Positions 23,917-37,741 of a stretch of DNA of 64,000 bases are shown here, piece by piece. How positions within the stretch are numbered: the stretch's first letter is position 1; the number at the start of each line of letters is the position of its first letter. Location: assembly GCF_003334335.1 (NCBI RefSeq), contig NZ_QOWQ01000012.1. One strand, written 5' to 3'. The notes under the pieces were generated by a model. That model was not told where the DNA came from. It ran no database searches and worked only from the letters and a program-made list of their open reading frames with translations. The DNA comes from Escherichia coli (GTDB lineage: Bacteria > Pseudomonadota > Gammaproteobacteria > Enterobacterales > Enterobacteriaceae). The position numbers were made by a program, and so were the translations under genes.

Positions 23917-24606
23917 ATGGCGAGACGTATTCTGGTCGTAGAAGATGAAGCTCCAATTCGCGAAATGGTCTGCTTCGTGCTCGAACAAAATGGCTTTCAG
24001 CCGGTCGAAGCGGAAGATTATGACAGTGCTGTGAATCAACTGAATGAACCCTGGCCGGATTTAATTCTCCTTGACTGGATGTTACCTGGCGGCTCCGGTA
24101 TCCAGTTCATCAAACACCTCAAGCGCGAGTCGATGACCCGGGATATTCCAGTGGTGATGTTGACCGCCAGAGGGGAAGAAGAAGATCGCGTGCGCGGCCT
24201 TGAAACCGGCGCGGATGACTATATCACCAAGCCGTTTTCGCCGAAGGAGCTGGTGGCGCGAATCAAAGCGGTAATGCGCCGTATTTCGCCAATGGCGGTG
24301 GAAGAGGTGATTGAGATGCAGGGATTAAGTCTCGACCCGACATCTCACCGAGTGATGGCGGGCGAAGAGCCGCTGGAGATGGGGCCGACAGAATTTAAAC
24401 TGCTGCACTTTTTTATGACGCATCCTGAGCGCGTGTACAGCCGCGAGCAGCTGTTAAACCACGTCTGGGGAACTAACGTGTATGTGGAAGACCGCACGGT
24501 CGATGTCCACATTCGTCGCCTGCGTAAAGCACTGGAGCCCGGCGGGCATGACCGCATGGTGCAGACCGTGCGCGGTACAGGATATCGTTTTTCAACCCGC
24601 TTTTAA
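23917..24606 (+). CDS. phoB: phosphate regulon response regulator PhoB
   Basis: 229-aa ORF, receiver domain (…[10 protein letters not shown]…) plus winged-helix OmpR-type output domain. Confidence 0.97.
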
Positions 24607-24663
24607 CGCCTTGCTCATCGGACGCAGAGCAGGGCTTATGATTTCTTAACTGGAGTATCTTAC

Positions 24664-25959
24664 GTGCTGGAACGGCTGTCGTGGAAAAGGCTGGTGCTGG
24701 AGCTGCTACTTTGCTGCCTCCCGGCTTTCATCCTGGGTGCATTTTTTGGTTACCTGCCCTGGTTTTTGCTGGCATCGGTAACAGGACTGCTTATCTGGCA
24801 TTTCTGGAATTTATTGCGCCTTTCATGGTGGCTGTGGGTGGATCGCAGTATGACCCCGCCACCGGGGCGTGGTAGCTGGGAACCGCTACTATACGGCTTA
24901 CACCAGATGCAGCTGCGAAATAAAAAACGCCGCCGTGAACTGGGCAATCTGATTAAACGCTTTCGTAGCGGCGCGGAGTCGCTGCCCGACGCGGTGGTGC
25001 TGACCACGGAAGAGGGCGGTATTTTCTGGTGTAACGGTCTGGCGCAACAAATTCTTGGTTTGCGCTGGCCGGAAGATAACGGGCAGAACATCCTTAACCT
25101 ACTGCGTTACCCGGAGTTTACGCAATATCTGAAAACGCGTGATTTTTCTCGCCCGCTCAATCTGGTGCTCAACACCGGGCGGCATCTGGAAATTCGCGTC
25201 ATGCCTTATACCCACAAACAGTTGCTGATGGTGGCGCGTGATGTCACGCAAATGCATCAACTGGAAGGGGCGCGGCGTAACTTTTTTGCCAACGTGAGCC
25301 ATGAGTTACGTACGCCATTGACCGTGTTACAGGGTTACCTGGAGATGATGAATGAGCAGCCGCTGGAAGGCGCGGTACGCGAAAAAGCGTTGCACACCAT
25401 GCGCGAGCAGACCCAGCGGATGGAAGGACTGGTGAAGCAATTGCTGACGCTGTCGAAAATAGAAGCCGCACCGACGCATTTGCTCAATGAAAAGGTTGAT
25501 GTGCCGATGATGCTGCGCGTTGTTGAGCGCGAGGCTCAGACTCTGAGTCAGAAAAAACAGACATTTACCTTTGAGATAGATAACGGCCTCAAGGTGTCTG
25601 GCAACGAAGATCAGCTACGCAGTGCGATTTCGAACCTGGTCTATAACGCCGTGAATCATACGCCGGAAGGCACGCATATCACCGTACGCTGGCAGCGAGT
25701 GCCGCACGGTGCCGAATTTAGCGTTGAAGATAACGGACCGGGCATTGCACCGGAGCATATTCCGCGCCTGACCGAGCGTTTTTATCGCGTTGATAAAGCG
25801 CGTTCCCGGCAAACCGGCGGTAGCGGATTAGGGTTAGCGATCGTGAAACATGCTGTGAATCATCACGAAAGTCGCCTGAATATTGAGAGTACAGTAGGAA
25901 AAGGAACACGTTTCAGTTTTGTTATCCCGGAACGTTTAATTGCCAAAAACAGCGATTAA
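24664..25959 (+). CDS. phoR: phosphate regulon sensor histidine kinase PhoR
   Basis: 431-aa ORF with GTG start; N-terminal TM segments, PAS-like region, H-box (…[11 protein letters not shown]…) and ATPase G-boxes. Confidence 0.96.
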   Translation: MLERLSWKRLVLELLLCCLPAFILGAFFGYLPWFLLASVTGLLIWHFWNLLRLSWWLWVDRSMTPPPGRGSWEPLLYGLHQMQLRNKKRRRELGNLIKRFRSGAESLPDAVVLTTEEGGIFWCNGLAQQILGLRWPEDNGQNILNLLRYPEFTQYLKTRDFSRPLNLVLNTGRHLEIRVMPYTHKQLLMVARDVTQMHQLEGARRNFFANVSHELRTPLTVLQGYLEMMNEQPLEGAVREKALHTMREQTQRMEGLVKQLLTLSKIEAAPTHLLNEKVDVPMMLRVVEREAQTLSQKKQTFTFEIDNGLKVSGNEDQLRSAISNLVYNAVNHTPEGTHITVRWQRVPHGAEFSVEDNGPGIAPEHIPRLTERFYRVDKARSRQTGGSGLGLAIVKHAVNHHESRLNIESTVGKGTRFSFVIPERLIAKNSD

Positions 25960-25984
25960 TCCGCCTTTGTCATCTTTTATTGCC

Positions 25985-26015
25985 ATAAGCCAGTCGATGC
26001 TGGCTTATTTTCTTT
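25985..26015 (+). terminator. intrinsic terminator after phoR
   Basis: ataagccag-(loop)-ctggcttat hairpin followed by tttctttg. Confidence 0.65.
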
Positions 26016-26365
26016 GCAGTCAAAATACGGGCGTTAGATTTTACAACGGTTGGTGATTTTTTGTTCGCATGATTAGCCATGTCTTTTTCACGGAAATAGT
26101 GTTTTATACTGGTTGGTGATTTCTTATCGCTATATACCTCTGGTTTTTAGATCCCTCCTTGCTTTAAAACGTTATAAGCGTTTAAATTGCGCTTCAGGTG
26201 CTGTCATACTGACTGCATTAACGCGGTAAATCGAAAAACTATTCTTCGCCGCGCCTGGTTGGGAGTATTTCCCGCTAAAATTGTTTAAATATACCGCTGT
26301 ATCATCCCCAGGGATTGGCACAAAAATTTAACGTTACAACACCACATCCACAGGCAGTATGATTT

Positions 26366-27685
26366 ATGACCCATCAATTAAGATCGCGCGATATCATCGC
26401 TCTGGGCTTTATGACATTTGCGTTGTTCGTCGGCGCAGGTAACATTATTTTCCCTCCAATGGTCGGCTTACAGGCAGGCGAACACGTCTGGACTGCGGCA
26501 TTCGGCTTCCTCATTACTGCCGTTGGCCTGCCGGTATTAACGGTAGTGGCGCTGGCAAAAGTTGGCGGCGGTGTTGACAGCCTCAGCACGCCAATCGGTA
26601 AAGTCGCTGGCGTACTGCTGGCAACGGTTTGTTACCTGGCGGTGGGGCCGCTTTTCGCTACGCCGCGTACAGCTACCGTTTCCTTTGAAGTGGGGATTGC
26701 GCCGCTGACGGGTGATTCCGCGCTGCCGCTGTTTATCTACAGCCTGGTCTATTTCGCTATCGTTATTCTGGTTTCGCTCTATCCGGGCAAGCTGCTGGAT
26801 ACCGTGGGCAACTTCCTTGCGCCGCTGAAAATTATCGCGCTGGTCATCCTGTCTGTTGCCGCTATTGTCTGGCCGGCGGGTTCTATCAGCACGGCGACTG
26901 AGGCTTATCAAAACGCTGCGTTTTCTAACGGCTTCGTTAACGGCTATCTGACCATGGATACGCTGGGCGCAATGGTGTTTGGTATCGTTATTGTTAACGC
27001 GGCGCGTTCTCGTGGCGTTACCGAAGCGCGTCTGCTGACCCGTTATACCGTCTGGGCTGGCCTGATGGCGGGTGTTGGTCTGACTCTGCTGTACCTGGCG
27101 CTGTTCCGTCTGGGGTCAGACAGCGCGTCGCTGGTCGATCAGTCTGCAAACGGCGCTGCTATTCTGCATGCTTACGTTCAGCACACCTTTGGCGGCGGCG
27201 GTAGCTTCCTGCTGGCGGCGTTAATCTTCATCGCCTGCCTGGTAACGGCAGTTGGCCTGACCTGTGCTTGTGCAGAATTCTTTGCCCAGTACGTACCGCT
27301 CTCTTATCGTACGCTGGTGTTTATCCTCGGCGGCTTCTCGATGGTGGTTTCTAACCTCGGCTTAAGCCAGCTGATCCAGATCTCCGTACCGGTGCTGACC
27401 GCTATTTATCCGCCGTGTATCGCACTGGTTGTATTAAGTTTTACACGCTCATGGTGGCATAATTCGTCCCGCGTGATTGCTCCGCCGATGTTTATCAGCC
27501 TGCTTTTTGGTATTCTCGACGGGATCAAAGCATCTGCATTCAGCGATATCTTACCGTCCTGGGCGCAGCGTTTACCGCTGGCCGAACAAGGTCTGGCGTG
27601 GTTAATGCCAACAGTGGTGATGGTGGTTCTGGCCATTATCTGGGATCGCGCGGCAGGTCGTCAGGTGACCTCCAGCGCTCACTAA
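26366..27685 (+). CDS. brnQ: branched-chain amino acid transport system II carrier
   Basis: 439-aa polytopic membrane ORF; matches recalled BrnQ. Confidence 0.94.
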   Translation: MTHQLRSRDIIALGFMTFALFVGAGNIIFPPMVGLQAGEHVWTAAFGFLITAVGLPVLTVVALAKVGGGVDSLSTPIGKVAGVLLATVCYLAVGPLFATPRTATVSFEVGIAPLTGDSALPLFIYSLVYFAIVILVSLYPGKLLDTVGNFLAPLKIIALVILSVAAIVWPAGSISTATEAYQNAAFSNGFVNGYLTMDTLGAMVFGIVIVNAARSRGVTEARLLTRYTVWAGLMAGVGLTLLYLALFRLGSDSASLVDQSANGAAILHAYVQHTFGGGGSFLLAALIFIACLVTAVGLTCACAEFFAQYVPLSYRTLVFILGGFSMVVSNLGLSQLIQISVPVLTAIYPPCIALVVLSFTRSWWHNSSRVIAPPMFISLLFGILDGIKASAFSDILPSWAQRLPLAEQGLAWLMPTVVMVVLAIIWDRAAGRQVTSSAH

Positions 27686-27704
27686 ATCACTGAACATTTG
27701 TTTT

Positions 27705-27739
27705 AACCACGGGGCTGCGATGCCCCGTGGTTTTTTATT
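27705..27739 (+). terminator. intrinsic terminator after brnQ
   Basis: aaccacggggc-(loop tgcgat)-gccccgtggtt followed by ttttatt. Confidence 0.75.
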
Positions 27740-27760
27740 GTGTTGATGGGTTAGGAATTG

Positions 27761-29134
27761 ATGGAAAGTAAGAACAAGCTAAAGCGTGGGCTAAGTACCC
27801 GCCACATACGCTTTATGGCACTGGGTTCAGCAATTGGCACCGGGCTGTTTTACGGTTCGGCAGACGCCATCAAAATGGCCGGTCCGAGCGTGTTGTTGGC
27901 CTATATTATCGGTGGTATCGCGGCGTATATCATTATGCGTGCGCTGGGGGAAATGTCGGTACATAACCCGGCCGCCAGCTCTTTCTCGCGTTATGCGCAG
28001 GAAAACCTCGGCCCGCTGGCAGGTTACATTACCGGCTGGACCTACTGCTTTGAAATCCTTATTGTCGCCATCGCCGATGTGACCGCTTTTGGTATCTATA
28101 TGGGTGTCTGGTTCCCGACGGTGCCGCACTGGATTTGGGTACTGAGCGTGGTGCTGATCATTTGCGCCGTAAACCTGATGAGCGTGAAGGTATTCGGTGA
28201 GCTGGAATTCTGGTTCTCGTTCTTTAAAGTCGCCACCATCATCATCATGATTGTCGCCGGTTTCGGCATCATCATCTGGGGGATTGGCAACGGCGGGCAA
28301 CCGACCGGTATTCATAACCTGTGGAGCAACGGCGGCTTCTTCAGTAACGGCTGGCTTGGCATGGTAATGTCGTTGCAAATGGTGATGTTTGCTTACGGTG
28401 GGATCGAAATTATCGGGATTACCGCCGGTGAAGCGAAAGATCCTGAGAAATCGATACCGCGTGCGATTAACTCCGTGCCGATGCGTATTCTGGTGTTCTA
28501 CGTCGGTACGCTGTTCGTCATTATGTCTATCTACCCGTGGAATCAGGTTGGCACTGCCGGTAGCCCGTTCGTGCTGACGTTCCAGCATATGGGCATTACC
28601 TTTGCCGCCAGCATTCTTAACTTTGTTGTGCTGACTGCTTCGCTGTCGGCAATTAACAGTGATGTATTTGGCGTAGGCCGTATGCTCCACGGTATGGCAG
28701 AGCAGGGCAGCGCGCCGAAAATTTTCAGCAAAACGTCGCGTCGCGGTATTCCGTGGGTTACGGTGCTGGTGATGACTACCGCGCTGCTGTTTGCGGTGTA
28801 TCTGAACTACATCATGCCGGAAAACGTCTTCCTGGTGATCGCTTCGCTGGCAACCTTCGCCACGGTGTGGGTGTGGATTATGATCCTGCTGTCGCAAATT
28901 GCCTTCCGTCGCCGTTTGCCGCCAGAAGAAGTTAAGGCGCTGAAATTTAAAGTGCCGGGTGGGGTAGCAACGACCATCGGCGGGCTGATTTTCCTGCTCT
29001 TTATTATCGGGTTGATTGGTTATCACCCGGATACGCGTATCTCGCTGTATGTCGGTTTCGCGTGGATTGTTGTGCTGTTGATTGGCTGGATGTTTAAACG
29101 CCGCCACGATCGTCAGCTGGCTGAAAACCAGTAA
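27761..29134 (+). CDS. proY: proline-specific permease (APC family)
   Basis: Start at ATG 27761 ([30 protein letters not shown]...), 457 aa; the track start at 27758 is TTG. Confidence 0.93.
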   Translation: MESKNKLKRGLSTRHIRFMALGSAIGTGLFYGSADAIKMAGPSVLLAYIIGGIAAYIIMRALGEMSVHNPAASSFSRYAQENLGPLAGYITGWTYCFEILIVAIADVTAFGIYMGVWFPTVPHWIWVLSVVLIICAVNLMSVKVFGELEFWFSFFKVATIIIMIVAGFGIIIWGIGNGGQPTGIHNLWSNGGFFSNGWLGMVMSLQMVMFAYGGIEIIGITAGEAKDPEKSIPRAINSVPMRILVFYVGTLFVIMSIYPWNQVGTAGSPFVLTFQHMGITFAASILNFVVLTASLSAINSDVFGVGRMLHGMAEQGSAPKIFSKTSRRGIPWVTVLVMTTALLFAVYLNYIMPENVFLVIASLATFATVWVWIMILLSQIAFRRRLPPEEVKALKFKVPGGVATTIGGLIFLLFIIGLIGYHPDTRISLYVGFAWIVVLLIGWMFKRRHDRQLAENQ

Positions 29135-29159
29135 TTCTTGCGTTCTGTAAGCCGGTTCA

Positions 29160-29215
29160 GGAGGAAATCCTGATCCGGCTATTCCGAAAGTTATCCGCCC
29201 CCGTCCTCCTCCCCC
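29160..29215 (+). promoter_or_regulatory. candidate MalT boxes upstream of malZ
   Basis: GGAGGA (29160-29165) and TCCTCC repeats (about 29205-29213) fit the MalT box GGA(G/T)GA in either orientation; placement relative to the promoter not verified. Confidence 0.3.
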
Positions 29216-29292
29216 AAATATCCTTCAGATGATGAGTGATCCTGCATTAGGCTATGGCAAGGTGATCAGATTTTCATCACAGGGGAATTATG

Positions 29293-31107
29293 ATGTTAAA
29301 TGCATGGCACCTGCCGGTGCCCCCATTTGTTAAACAAAGCAAAGATCAACTGCTCATTACACTGTGGCTGACGGGCGAAGACCCACCGCAGCGCATTATG
29401 CTGCGTACAGAACACGATAACGAAGAAATGTCAGTACCGATGCATAAGCAGCGCAGTCAGCCGCAGCCTGGCGTCACCGCATGGCGTGCGGCGATTGATC
29501 TCTCCAGCGGACAACCCCGGCGGCGTTACAGTTTCAAACTGCTGTGGCACGATCGCCAGCGTTGGTTTACACCGCAGGGCTTCAGCCGAATGCCGCCGGC
29601 ACGACTGGAGCAGTTTGCCGTCGATGTACCGGATATCGGCCCACAATGGGCTGCGGATCAGATTTTTTATCAGATCTTCCCTGATCGTTTTGCGCGTAGT
29701 CTTCCTCGTGAAGCTGAACAGGATCATGTCTATTACCATCATGCAGCCGGACAAGAGATCATCTTGCGTGACTGGGATGAACCGGTCACGGCGCAGGCGG
29801 GCGGATCAACGTTCTATGGCGGCGATCTGGACGGGATAAGCGAAAAACTGCCGTATCTGAAAAAGCTTGGCGTGACAGCGCTGTATCTCAATCCGGTGTT
29901 TAAAGCTCCCAGCGTACATAAATACGATACCGAGGATTATCGCCATGTCGATCCGCAGTTTGGCGGTGATGGGGCGTTGCTGCGTTTGCGACACAATACG
30001 CAGCAGCTGGGAATGCGGCTGGTGCTGGACGGCGTGTTTAACCACAGTGGCGATTCCCATGCCTGGTTTGACAGGCATAATCGTGGCACGGGTGGTGCTT
30101 GTCACAACCCCGAATCGCCCTGGCGCGACTGGTACTCGTTTAGTGATGATGGCACGGCGCTCGACTGGCTTGGCTATGCCAGCTTGCCGAAGCTGGATTA
30201 TCAGTCGGAAAGTCTGGTGAATGAAATTTATCGCGGGGAAGACAGTATTGTCCGCCACTGGCTGAAAGCGCCGTGGAATATGGACGGCTGGCGGCTGGAT
30301 GTGGTGCATATGCTGGGGGAGGCGGGTGGGGCGCGCAATAATATGCAGCACGTTGCCGGGATCACCGAAGCGGCGAAAGAAACCCAGCCGGAAGCGTATA
30401 TTGTCGGCGAACATTTTGGCGATGCACGGCAATGGTTACAGGCCGATGTGGAAGATGCCGCCATGAACTATCGTGGCTTCACATTCCCGTTGTGGGGATT
30501 TCTTGCCAATACCGATATCTCTTACGATCCGCAGCAAATTGATGCCCAAACCTGTATGGCCTGGATGGATAATTACCGCGCAGGGCTTTCTCATCAACAA
30601 CAATTACGTATGTTTAATCAGCTCGACAGCCACGATACTGCGCGATTTAAAACGCTGCTCGGTCGGGATATTGCGCGCCTGCCGCTGGCGGTGGTCTGGC
30701 TGTTCACCTGGCCTGGTGTACCGTGCATTTATTACGGTGATGAAGTAGGACTGGATGGCAAAAACGATCCGTTTTGCCGTAAACCGTTCCCCTGGCAGGT
30801 GGAAAAGCAGGATACGGCGTTATTCGCGCTGTACCAGCGAATGATTGCGCTGCGTAAGAAAAGTCAGGCGCTACGTCATGGCGGCTGTCAGGTGCTGTAT
30901 GCGGAAGATAACGTGGTGGTATTTGTCCGCGTGCTGAATCAGCAACGTGTACTGGTGGCAATCAACCGTGGCGAGGCCTGTGAAGTGGTGCTACCCGCGT
31001 CACCGTTTCTCAATGCCGTGCAATGGCAATGCAAAGAAGGGCATGGGCAACTGACTGACGGGATTCTGGCTTTGCCTGCCATTTCGGCTACGGTATGGAT
31101 GAACTAA
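29293..31107 (+). CDS. malZ: maltodextrin glucosidase (GH13)
   Basis: [18 protein letters not shown]... with alpha-amylase family catalytic regions; 604 aa from the second of two adjacent ATGs (29290/29293). Confidence 0.93.
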
Positions 31108-31111
31108 CGTT

Positions 31112-31693
31112 TTATAACGCCTTGCGTGACGCCTGCGCCATCATCCGCGGATAAAACTGCCAGAAGCGGGTTTCGAGGGCGTCATAATGAGCGTCTAAAT
31201 CGTACCAGGAGTCACGCAGGGCATCCAGACGTGGGCGGCGGCTTGCCATGCCGTTTAACACGTTCTGGATGAAATCCATATCGCGATAGCGCACCAGCCA
31301 CTGCTCTGACCACAAGTAATTGTTCAGATTGATAAAACGTGGCGGTGAGTCCGGCAAAATCGTCATCACTTGCTCGCGGGCATAACAGACAAATTCCTGT
31401 AGCGGAAAGTCCGGCGACAGCTGCGACCAGTGGCGGGAAAGAAAGTGATCCCACATGACATCCAGCGTAATAGGCGCAACGCGGCGCGTTTCACTACGAA
31501 ACCACTCCCGTGCTTCGCGGACTTCCGGCAGATTGTCAGTCAATACGTCGATACGTCGATGCATATGAATGCCAGCCACGACGTCGGGCGGAAAACTTTC
31601 TTCAGGATTTCCGCGTACGAAATCAGCCAGTAAATTGCCGGAAAGCGAGCTTTCCGCGAGATGGGCTAAATGCAGGTGAGCTAAAAAATTCAT
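31112..31693 (-). CDS. acpH: acyl carrier protein phosphodiesterase
   Basis: 193-aa [33 protein letters not shown]...; matches recalled AcpH (YajB). Confidence 0.92.
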   Translation of the reverse strand: MNFLAHLHLAHLAESSLSGNLLADFVRGNPEESFPPDVVAGIHMHRRIDVLTDNLPEVREAREWFRSETRRVAPITLDVMWDHFLSRHWSQLSPDFPLQEFVCYAREQVMTILPDSPPRFINLNNYLWSEQWLVRYRDMDFIQNVLNGMASRRPRLDALRDSWYDLDAHYDALETRFWQFYPRMMAQASRKAL

Positions 31694-31785
31694 CGATTAT
31701 ATTCTATCCAAAAGGGGGTAAAGGTTGCAGGGAGAGCGCCCCGGCACTAGACTACCCGCCTCTTATTTTAGTCTGAGTCAGTGTC

Positions 31786-32856
31786 ATGCGCGTTACCGAT
31801 TTCTCCTTTGAATTGCCCGAATCCCTGATTGCCCACTATCCCATGCCTGAACGCAGTAGCTGTCGTTTACTGTCGCTGGACGGGCCGACGGGCGCGCTGA
31901 CGCACGGTACTTTCACCGATTTACTTGATAAGCTCAACCCCGGCGATCTTCTGGTTTTTAATAATACCCGCGTGATCCCGGCGCGCCTGTTTGGGCGTAA
32001 AGCCAGCGGCGGCAAGATTGAAGTGCTGGTTGAACGGATGCTCGACGACAAACGCATTCTTGCGCATATTCGCGCCTCGAAAGCGCCAAAACCTGGCGCA
32101 GAACTGCTGCTGGGCGATGACGAAAGTATTAACGCAACAATGACCGCGCGCCACGGCGCACTGTTTGAAGTCGAATTTAATGATGAACGCTCGGTGCTGG
32201 ATATTCTCAACAGCATCGGCCATATGCCGCTGCCGCCGTATATCGACCGTCCGGACGAAGACGCTGACCGCGAACTTTATCAAACCGTTTATAGCGAAAA
32301 ACCGGGCGCGGTTGCAGCCCCGACCGCAGGTCTGCATTTTGACGAGCCTTTGCTGGAAAAATTGCGCGCCAAAGGCGTGGAGATGGCGTTTGTGACGTTG
32401 CACGTTGGTGCGGGCACCTTCCAGCCGGTGCGCGTCGACACCATTGAAGATCACATCATGCACTCGGAATACGCTGAAGTACCGCAGGATGTGGTAGACG
32501 CGGTACTGGCGGCGAAAGCGCGCGGTAACCGGGTGATTGCGGTTGGCACCACTTCAGTACGTTCGCTGGAAAGCGCGGCTCAGGCAGCGAAAAACGATCT
32601 CATTGAACCGTTCTTCGACGATACCCAAATCTTTATCTATCCGGGCTTCCAGTACAAAGTGGTCGATGCGCTGGTGACGAACTTCCACTTGCCAGAGTCG
32701 ACGCTGATTATGCTGGTTTCGGCCTTTGCCGGTTATCAACACACCATGAACGCCTATAAAGCAGCGGTAGAAGAGAAATATCGCTTTTTTAGTTACGGTG
32801 ATGCGATGTTTATCACGTACAATCCGCAGGCAATTAATGAGCGCGTCGGGGAGTAA
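31786..32856 (+). CDS. queA: S-adenosylmethionine:tRNA ribosyltransferase-isomerase
   Basis: 356-aa [32 protein letters not shown]...; matches recalled QueA. Confidence 0.97.
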
Positions 32857-32896
32857 TTCCGCGGCGCTGGTTTAAAACGTTGGACTGTTTTTCTGA

Positions 32897-34039
<1,143 letters not shown>

Positions 34040-34061
34040 TATTAATAATGAGGGAAATTTA

Positions 34062-34394
34062 ATGAGCTTTTTTATTTCTGATGCGGTAGCGGCAACGGGT
34101 GCACCGGCGCAAGGTAGCCCGATGTCTTTGATTTTGATGCTGGTGGTATTCGGTCTGATTTTCTATTTCATGATCCTGCGTCCACAGCAGAAGCGCACCA
34201 AAGAACACAAAAAGCTGATGGACTCCATTGCCAAAGGTGATGAAGTTCTGACGAACGGTGGCCTGGTTGGTCGCGTAACCAAAGTAGCGGAAAACGGCTA
34301 CATTGCTATCGCGCTGAATGACACCACTGAAGTAGTTATTAAACGTGACTTCGTAGCTGCCGTCCTGCCGAAAGGCACCATGAAGGCGCTGTAA
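34062..34394 (+). CDS. yajC: Sec translocon accessory subunit YajC
   Basis: Start at ATG 34062 (MSFFISDAVAATGAPAQGSPMSLILMLVVFGLIFYFMILRPQQKR...), 110 aa. Confidence 0.94.
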   Translation: MSFFISDAVAATGAPAQGSPMSLILMLVVFGLIFYFMILRPQQKRTKEHKKLMDSIAKGDEVLTNGGLVGRVTKVAENGYIAIALNDTTEVVIKRDFVAAVLPKGTMKAL

Positions 34395-34421
34395 TTAAAA
34401 TTTTTCCCTAAGGGAATTGCC

Positions 34422-36269
34422 GTGTTAAACCGTTATCCTTTGTGGAAGTACGTCATGCTGATCGTGGTGATTGTCATCGGTCTGCTGTATGCGCTTCCCA
34501 ACCTGTTTGGTGAGGATCCGGCTGTTCAGATCACTGGTGCGCGCGGAGTCGCCGCCAGTGAGCAAACGCTGATCCAGGTCCAGAAAACGTTACAAGAAGA
34601 AAAAATAACTGCTAAGTCTGTGGCACTGGAAGAGGGCGCTATTCTTGCGCGCTTCGACTCCACTGACACCCAGTTGCGCGCTCGTGAAGCATTAATGGGC
34701 GTTATGGGTGACAAATACGTCGTGGCGCTTAACCTTGCCCCGGCAACGCCGCGCTGGCTGGCAGCTATTCACGCTGAGCCGATGAAGCTCGGCCTTGACC
34801 TGCGTGGCGGCGTTCACTTCCTGATGGAAGTGGATATGGACACCGCGCTTGGCAAACTCCAGGAACAAAATATCGATAGCCTACGCAGTGACCTGCGCGA
34901 AAAGGGCATCCCGTATACCACTGTTCGTAAAGAAAACAACTACGGCCTGAGCATCACTTTCCGCGATGCTAAAGCTCGTGATGAAGCCATTGCGTATCTG
35001 AGCAAGCGCCATCCGGACCTGGTGATTAGCAGCCAGGGCAGCAACCAGCTGCGTGCGGTAATGAGCGATGCTCGTCTGAGTGAAGCGCGTGAATATGCGG
35101 TGCAGCAGAACATTAATATCCTGCGTAACCGTGTAAACCAACTTGGCGTGGCGGAGCCGGTGGTTCAGCGTCAGGGTGCTGACCGTATCGTTGTTGAACT
35201 GCCAGGTATTCAGGACACTGCGCGTGCGAAAGAGATTCTGGGTGCGACGGCAACGCTGGAATTCCGTCTGGTAAACACCAACGTTGACCAGGCCGCTGCG
35301 GCATCCGGTCGCGTACCGGGCGACTCTGAAGTGAAACAGACCCGCGAAGGTCAGCCAGTTGTGCTGTACAAACGCGTAATTCTGACCGGTGACCATATCA
35401 CCGACTCCACTTCCAGCCAGGACGAATACAACCAACCGCAGGTTAACATCTCGCTCGATAGCGCTGGTGGTAACATCATGTCTAACTTCACTAAGGACAA
35501 CATCGGCAAACCGATGGCAACCCTGTTTGTGGAGTACAAAGACAGCGGTAAGAAAGATGCAAATGGTCGTGCGGTTCTGGTGAAACAGGAAGAGGTGATT
35601 AACATCGCCAACATCCAGTCTCGTCTGGGTAACAGCTTCCGTATCACCGGCATCAACAACCCGAACGAAGCCCGTCAGCTGTCACTGCTGCTGCGTGCCG
35701 GTGCGTTGATCGCGCCGATTCAGATTGTTGAAGAACGTACCATTGGCCCAACCCTGGGTATGCAGAACATTGAACAGGGGCTGGAGGCTTGCCTTGCCGG
35801 TCTGCTGGTTTCTATTCTGTTCATGATCATCTTCTATAAGAAGTTTGGTCTGATTGCGACCAGTGCTCTGATTGCCAACTTGATCTTAATCGTCGGCATT
35901 ATGTCGCTGTTGCCAGGCGCAACGCTGAGTATGCCAGGTATCGCGGGTATCGTCTTAACCCTTGCGGTGGCGGTCGATGCGAACGTACTGATCAACGAAC
36001 GTATTAAAGAAGAGTTGAGCAACGGACGTACTGTTCAACAGGCAATTGATGAAGGTTATCGTGGCGCATTCAGTTCTATCTTCGATGCGAACATCACCAC
36101 GCTGATTAAAGTCATCATCCTGTACGCAGTGGGTACCGGGGCAATTAAAGGGTTCGCGATTACTACCGGTATCGGTGTGGCGACGTCGATGTTTACCGCG
36201 ATTGTCGGTACGCGTGCCATCGTAAACCTGCTATATGGCGGCAAGCGCGTCAAGAAGCTGTCAATCTGA
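34422..36269 (+). CDS. secD: protein translocase subunit SecD
   Basis: 615-aa ORF with GTG start; large periplasmic domain plus C-terminal TM bundle. Confidence 0.97.
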   Translation: MLNRYPLWKYVMLIVVIVIGLLYALPNLFGEDPAVQITGARGVAASEQTLIQVQKTLQEEKITAKSVALEEGAILARFDSTDTQLRAREALMGVMGDKYVVALNLAPATPRWLAAIHAEPMKLGLDLRGGVHFLMEVDMDTALGKLQEQNIDSLRSDLREKGIPYTTVRKENNYGLSITFRDAKARDEAIAYLSKRHPDLVISSQGSNQLRAVMSDARLSEAREYAVQQNINILRNRVNQLGVAEPVVQRQGADRIVVELPGIQDTARAKEILGATATLEFRLVNTNVDQAAAASGRVPGDSEVKQTREGQPVVLYKRVILTGDHITDSTSSQDEYNQPQVNISLDSAGGNIMSNFTKDNIGKPMATLFVEYKDSGKKDANGRAVLVKQEEVINIANIQSRLGNSFRITGINNPNEARQLSLLLRAGALIAPIQIVEERTIGPTLGMQNIEQGLEACLAGLLVSILFMIIFYKKFGLIATSALIANLILIVGIMSLLPGATLSMPGIAGIVLTLAVAVDANVLINERIKEELSNGRTVQQAIDEGYRGAFSSIFDANITTLIKVIILYAVGTGAIKGFAITTGIGVATSMFTAIVGTRAIVNLLYGGKRVKKLSI

Positions 36270-36279
36270 GGAGTGCGAT

Positions 36280-37251
36280 GTGGCACAGGAATATACTGTT
36301 GAACAACTAAACCACGGCCGTAAAGTCTATGACTTTATGCGCTGGGACTACTGGGCTTTCGGCATCTCTGGTCTGCTGTTAATCGCTGCTATCGTTATTA
36401 TGGGCGTGCGCGGCTTTAACTGGGGGCTGGATTTCACCGGTGGTACGGTTATTGAAATTACGCTCGAAAAACCGGCTGAAATTGACGTAATGCGTGATGC
36501 ATTGCAAAAAGCCGGTTTTGAAGAGCCGATGCTGCAAAACTTTGGTAGCAGCCATGACATCATGGTCCGTATGCCGCCTGCTGAAGGCGAAACCGGCGGT
36601 CAGGTGTTGGGCAGCCAGGTTCTGAAGGTGATTAACGAATCCACCAATCAGAATGCAGCAGTGAAGCGTATTGAGTTCGTCGGTCCGAGCGTGGGGGCAG
36701 ACCTTGCGCAAACCGGTGCGATGGCGTTGATGGCAGCGCTGCTGTCTATCCTCGTGTACGTAGGTTTCCGCTTTGAGTGGCGACTGGCGGCAGGGGTGGT
36801 TATTGCGCTGGCGCACGACGTTATCATTACGCTGGGTATTTTGTCGTTATTCCATATCGAGATTGACCTGACCATTGTGGCATCGTTGATGTCGGTTATC
36901 GGTTACTCGCTTAACGACAGTATCGTGGTATCGGACCGTATTCGTGAAAACTTCCGCAAGATCCGTCGCGGTACGCCTTACGAAATCTTTAACGTGTCCT
37001 TGACCCAGACGCTGCACCGTACCTTGATCACATCCGGTACTACCTTGATGGTTATCCTGATGCTGTACCTCTTCGGTGGTCCGGTACTGGAAGGCTTCTC
37101 GCTGACCATGCTTATCGGTGTTTCCATCGGTACTGCATCTTCCATCTATGTGGCATCTGCGTTGGCTCTGAAACTGGGTATGAAGCGCGAACACATGTTG
37201 CAGCAGAAAGTGGAAAAAGAAGGGGCGGATCAGCCGTCAATTCTGCCGTAA
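36280..37251 (+). CDS. secF: protein translocase subunit SecF
   Basis: GTG start at 36280 ([31 protein letters not shown]...), 323 aa. Confidence 0.95.
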
Positions 37252-37271
37252 TCAAGTTCCCGTTGATGTTG

Positions 37272-37304
37272 AAAATCCCGGTCAGAAGATCGGGATTTTT
37301 TTTG
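37272..37304 (+). terminator. intrinsic terminator after secF
   Basis: aaatcccg-(loop)-cgggattt hairpin followed by a run of 8 T. Confidence 0.8.
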
Positions 37305-37379
37305 ATGTATGGAGATTGCGAAAATCCCCGCATCTTGGGAAACTGCGCGTAACCCTACATTTCATCCAGGTAACTTTTC

Positions 37380-37727
37380 ATGGCTATCATCCCAAAAAAC
37401 TATGCGCGGTTAGAAAGCGGCTATCGCGAAAAAGCATTAAAAATCTATCCGTGGGTCTGCGGTCGCTGTTCCCGCGAGTTTGTTTATTCCAACCTGCGTG
37501 AACTTACCGTTCACCACATTGATCACGACCATACCAATAACCCGGAAGATGGCAGTAACTGGGAATTGTTGTGTCTCTATTGCCACGATCATGAGCATTC
37601 GAAATATACCGAAGCGGATCAGTATGGTACGACCGTTATCGCAGGGGAAGATGCGCAGAAAGATGTCGGTGAAGCGAAGTACAACCCATTCGCTGACCTG
37701 AAAGCGATGATGAACAAGAAGAAGTGA
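37380..37727 (+). CDS. yajD: HNH nuclease family protein YajD (function unknown)
   Basis: 115-aa ORF with CGRC...HHIDHDH...N...LCLYCHDHEH, i.e. an HNH core with two Cys pairs. Confidence 0.9.
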   Translation: MAIIPKNYARLESGYREKALKIYPWVCGRCSREFVYSNLRELTVHHIDHDHTNNPEDGSNWELLCLYCHDHEHSKYTEADQYGTTVIAGEDAQKDVGEAKYNPFADLKAMMNKKK

Positions 37728-37741
37728 TTAAAACGTAAAAT

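Noticed and set aside
27827-29107. 426-aa minus-strand ORF
   Set aside because: Antisense to proY; extremely His/Arg/Asn-rich, reflecting the complementary strand of a codon-biased membrane protein gene.
29146-29178. Inverted repeat after proY (agccggttcagga...tcctgatccggct) as an intrinsic terminator
   Set aside because: Good palindrome but no downstream T-run; cannot distinguish a terminator from a REP-like or protein-binding palindrome, so not listed as a feature.
29806-30432. 208-aa minus-strand ORF
   Set aside because: Antisense to malZ; no start context and no family resemblance.
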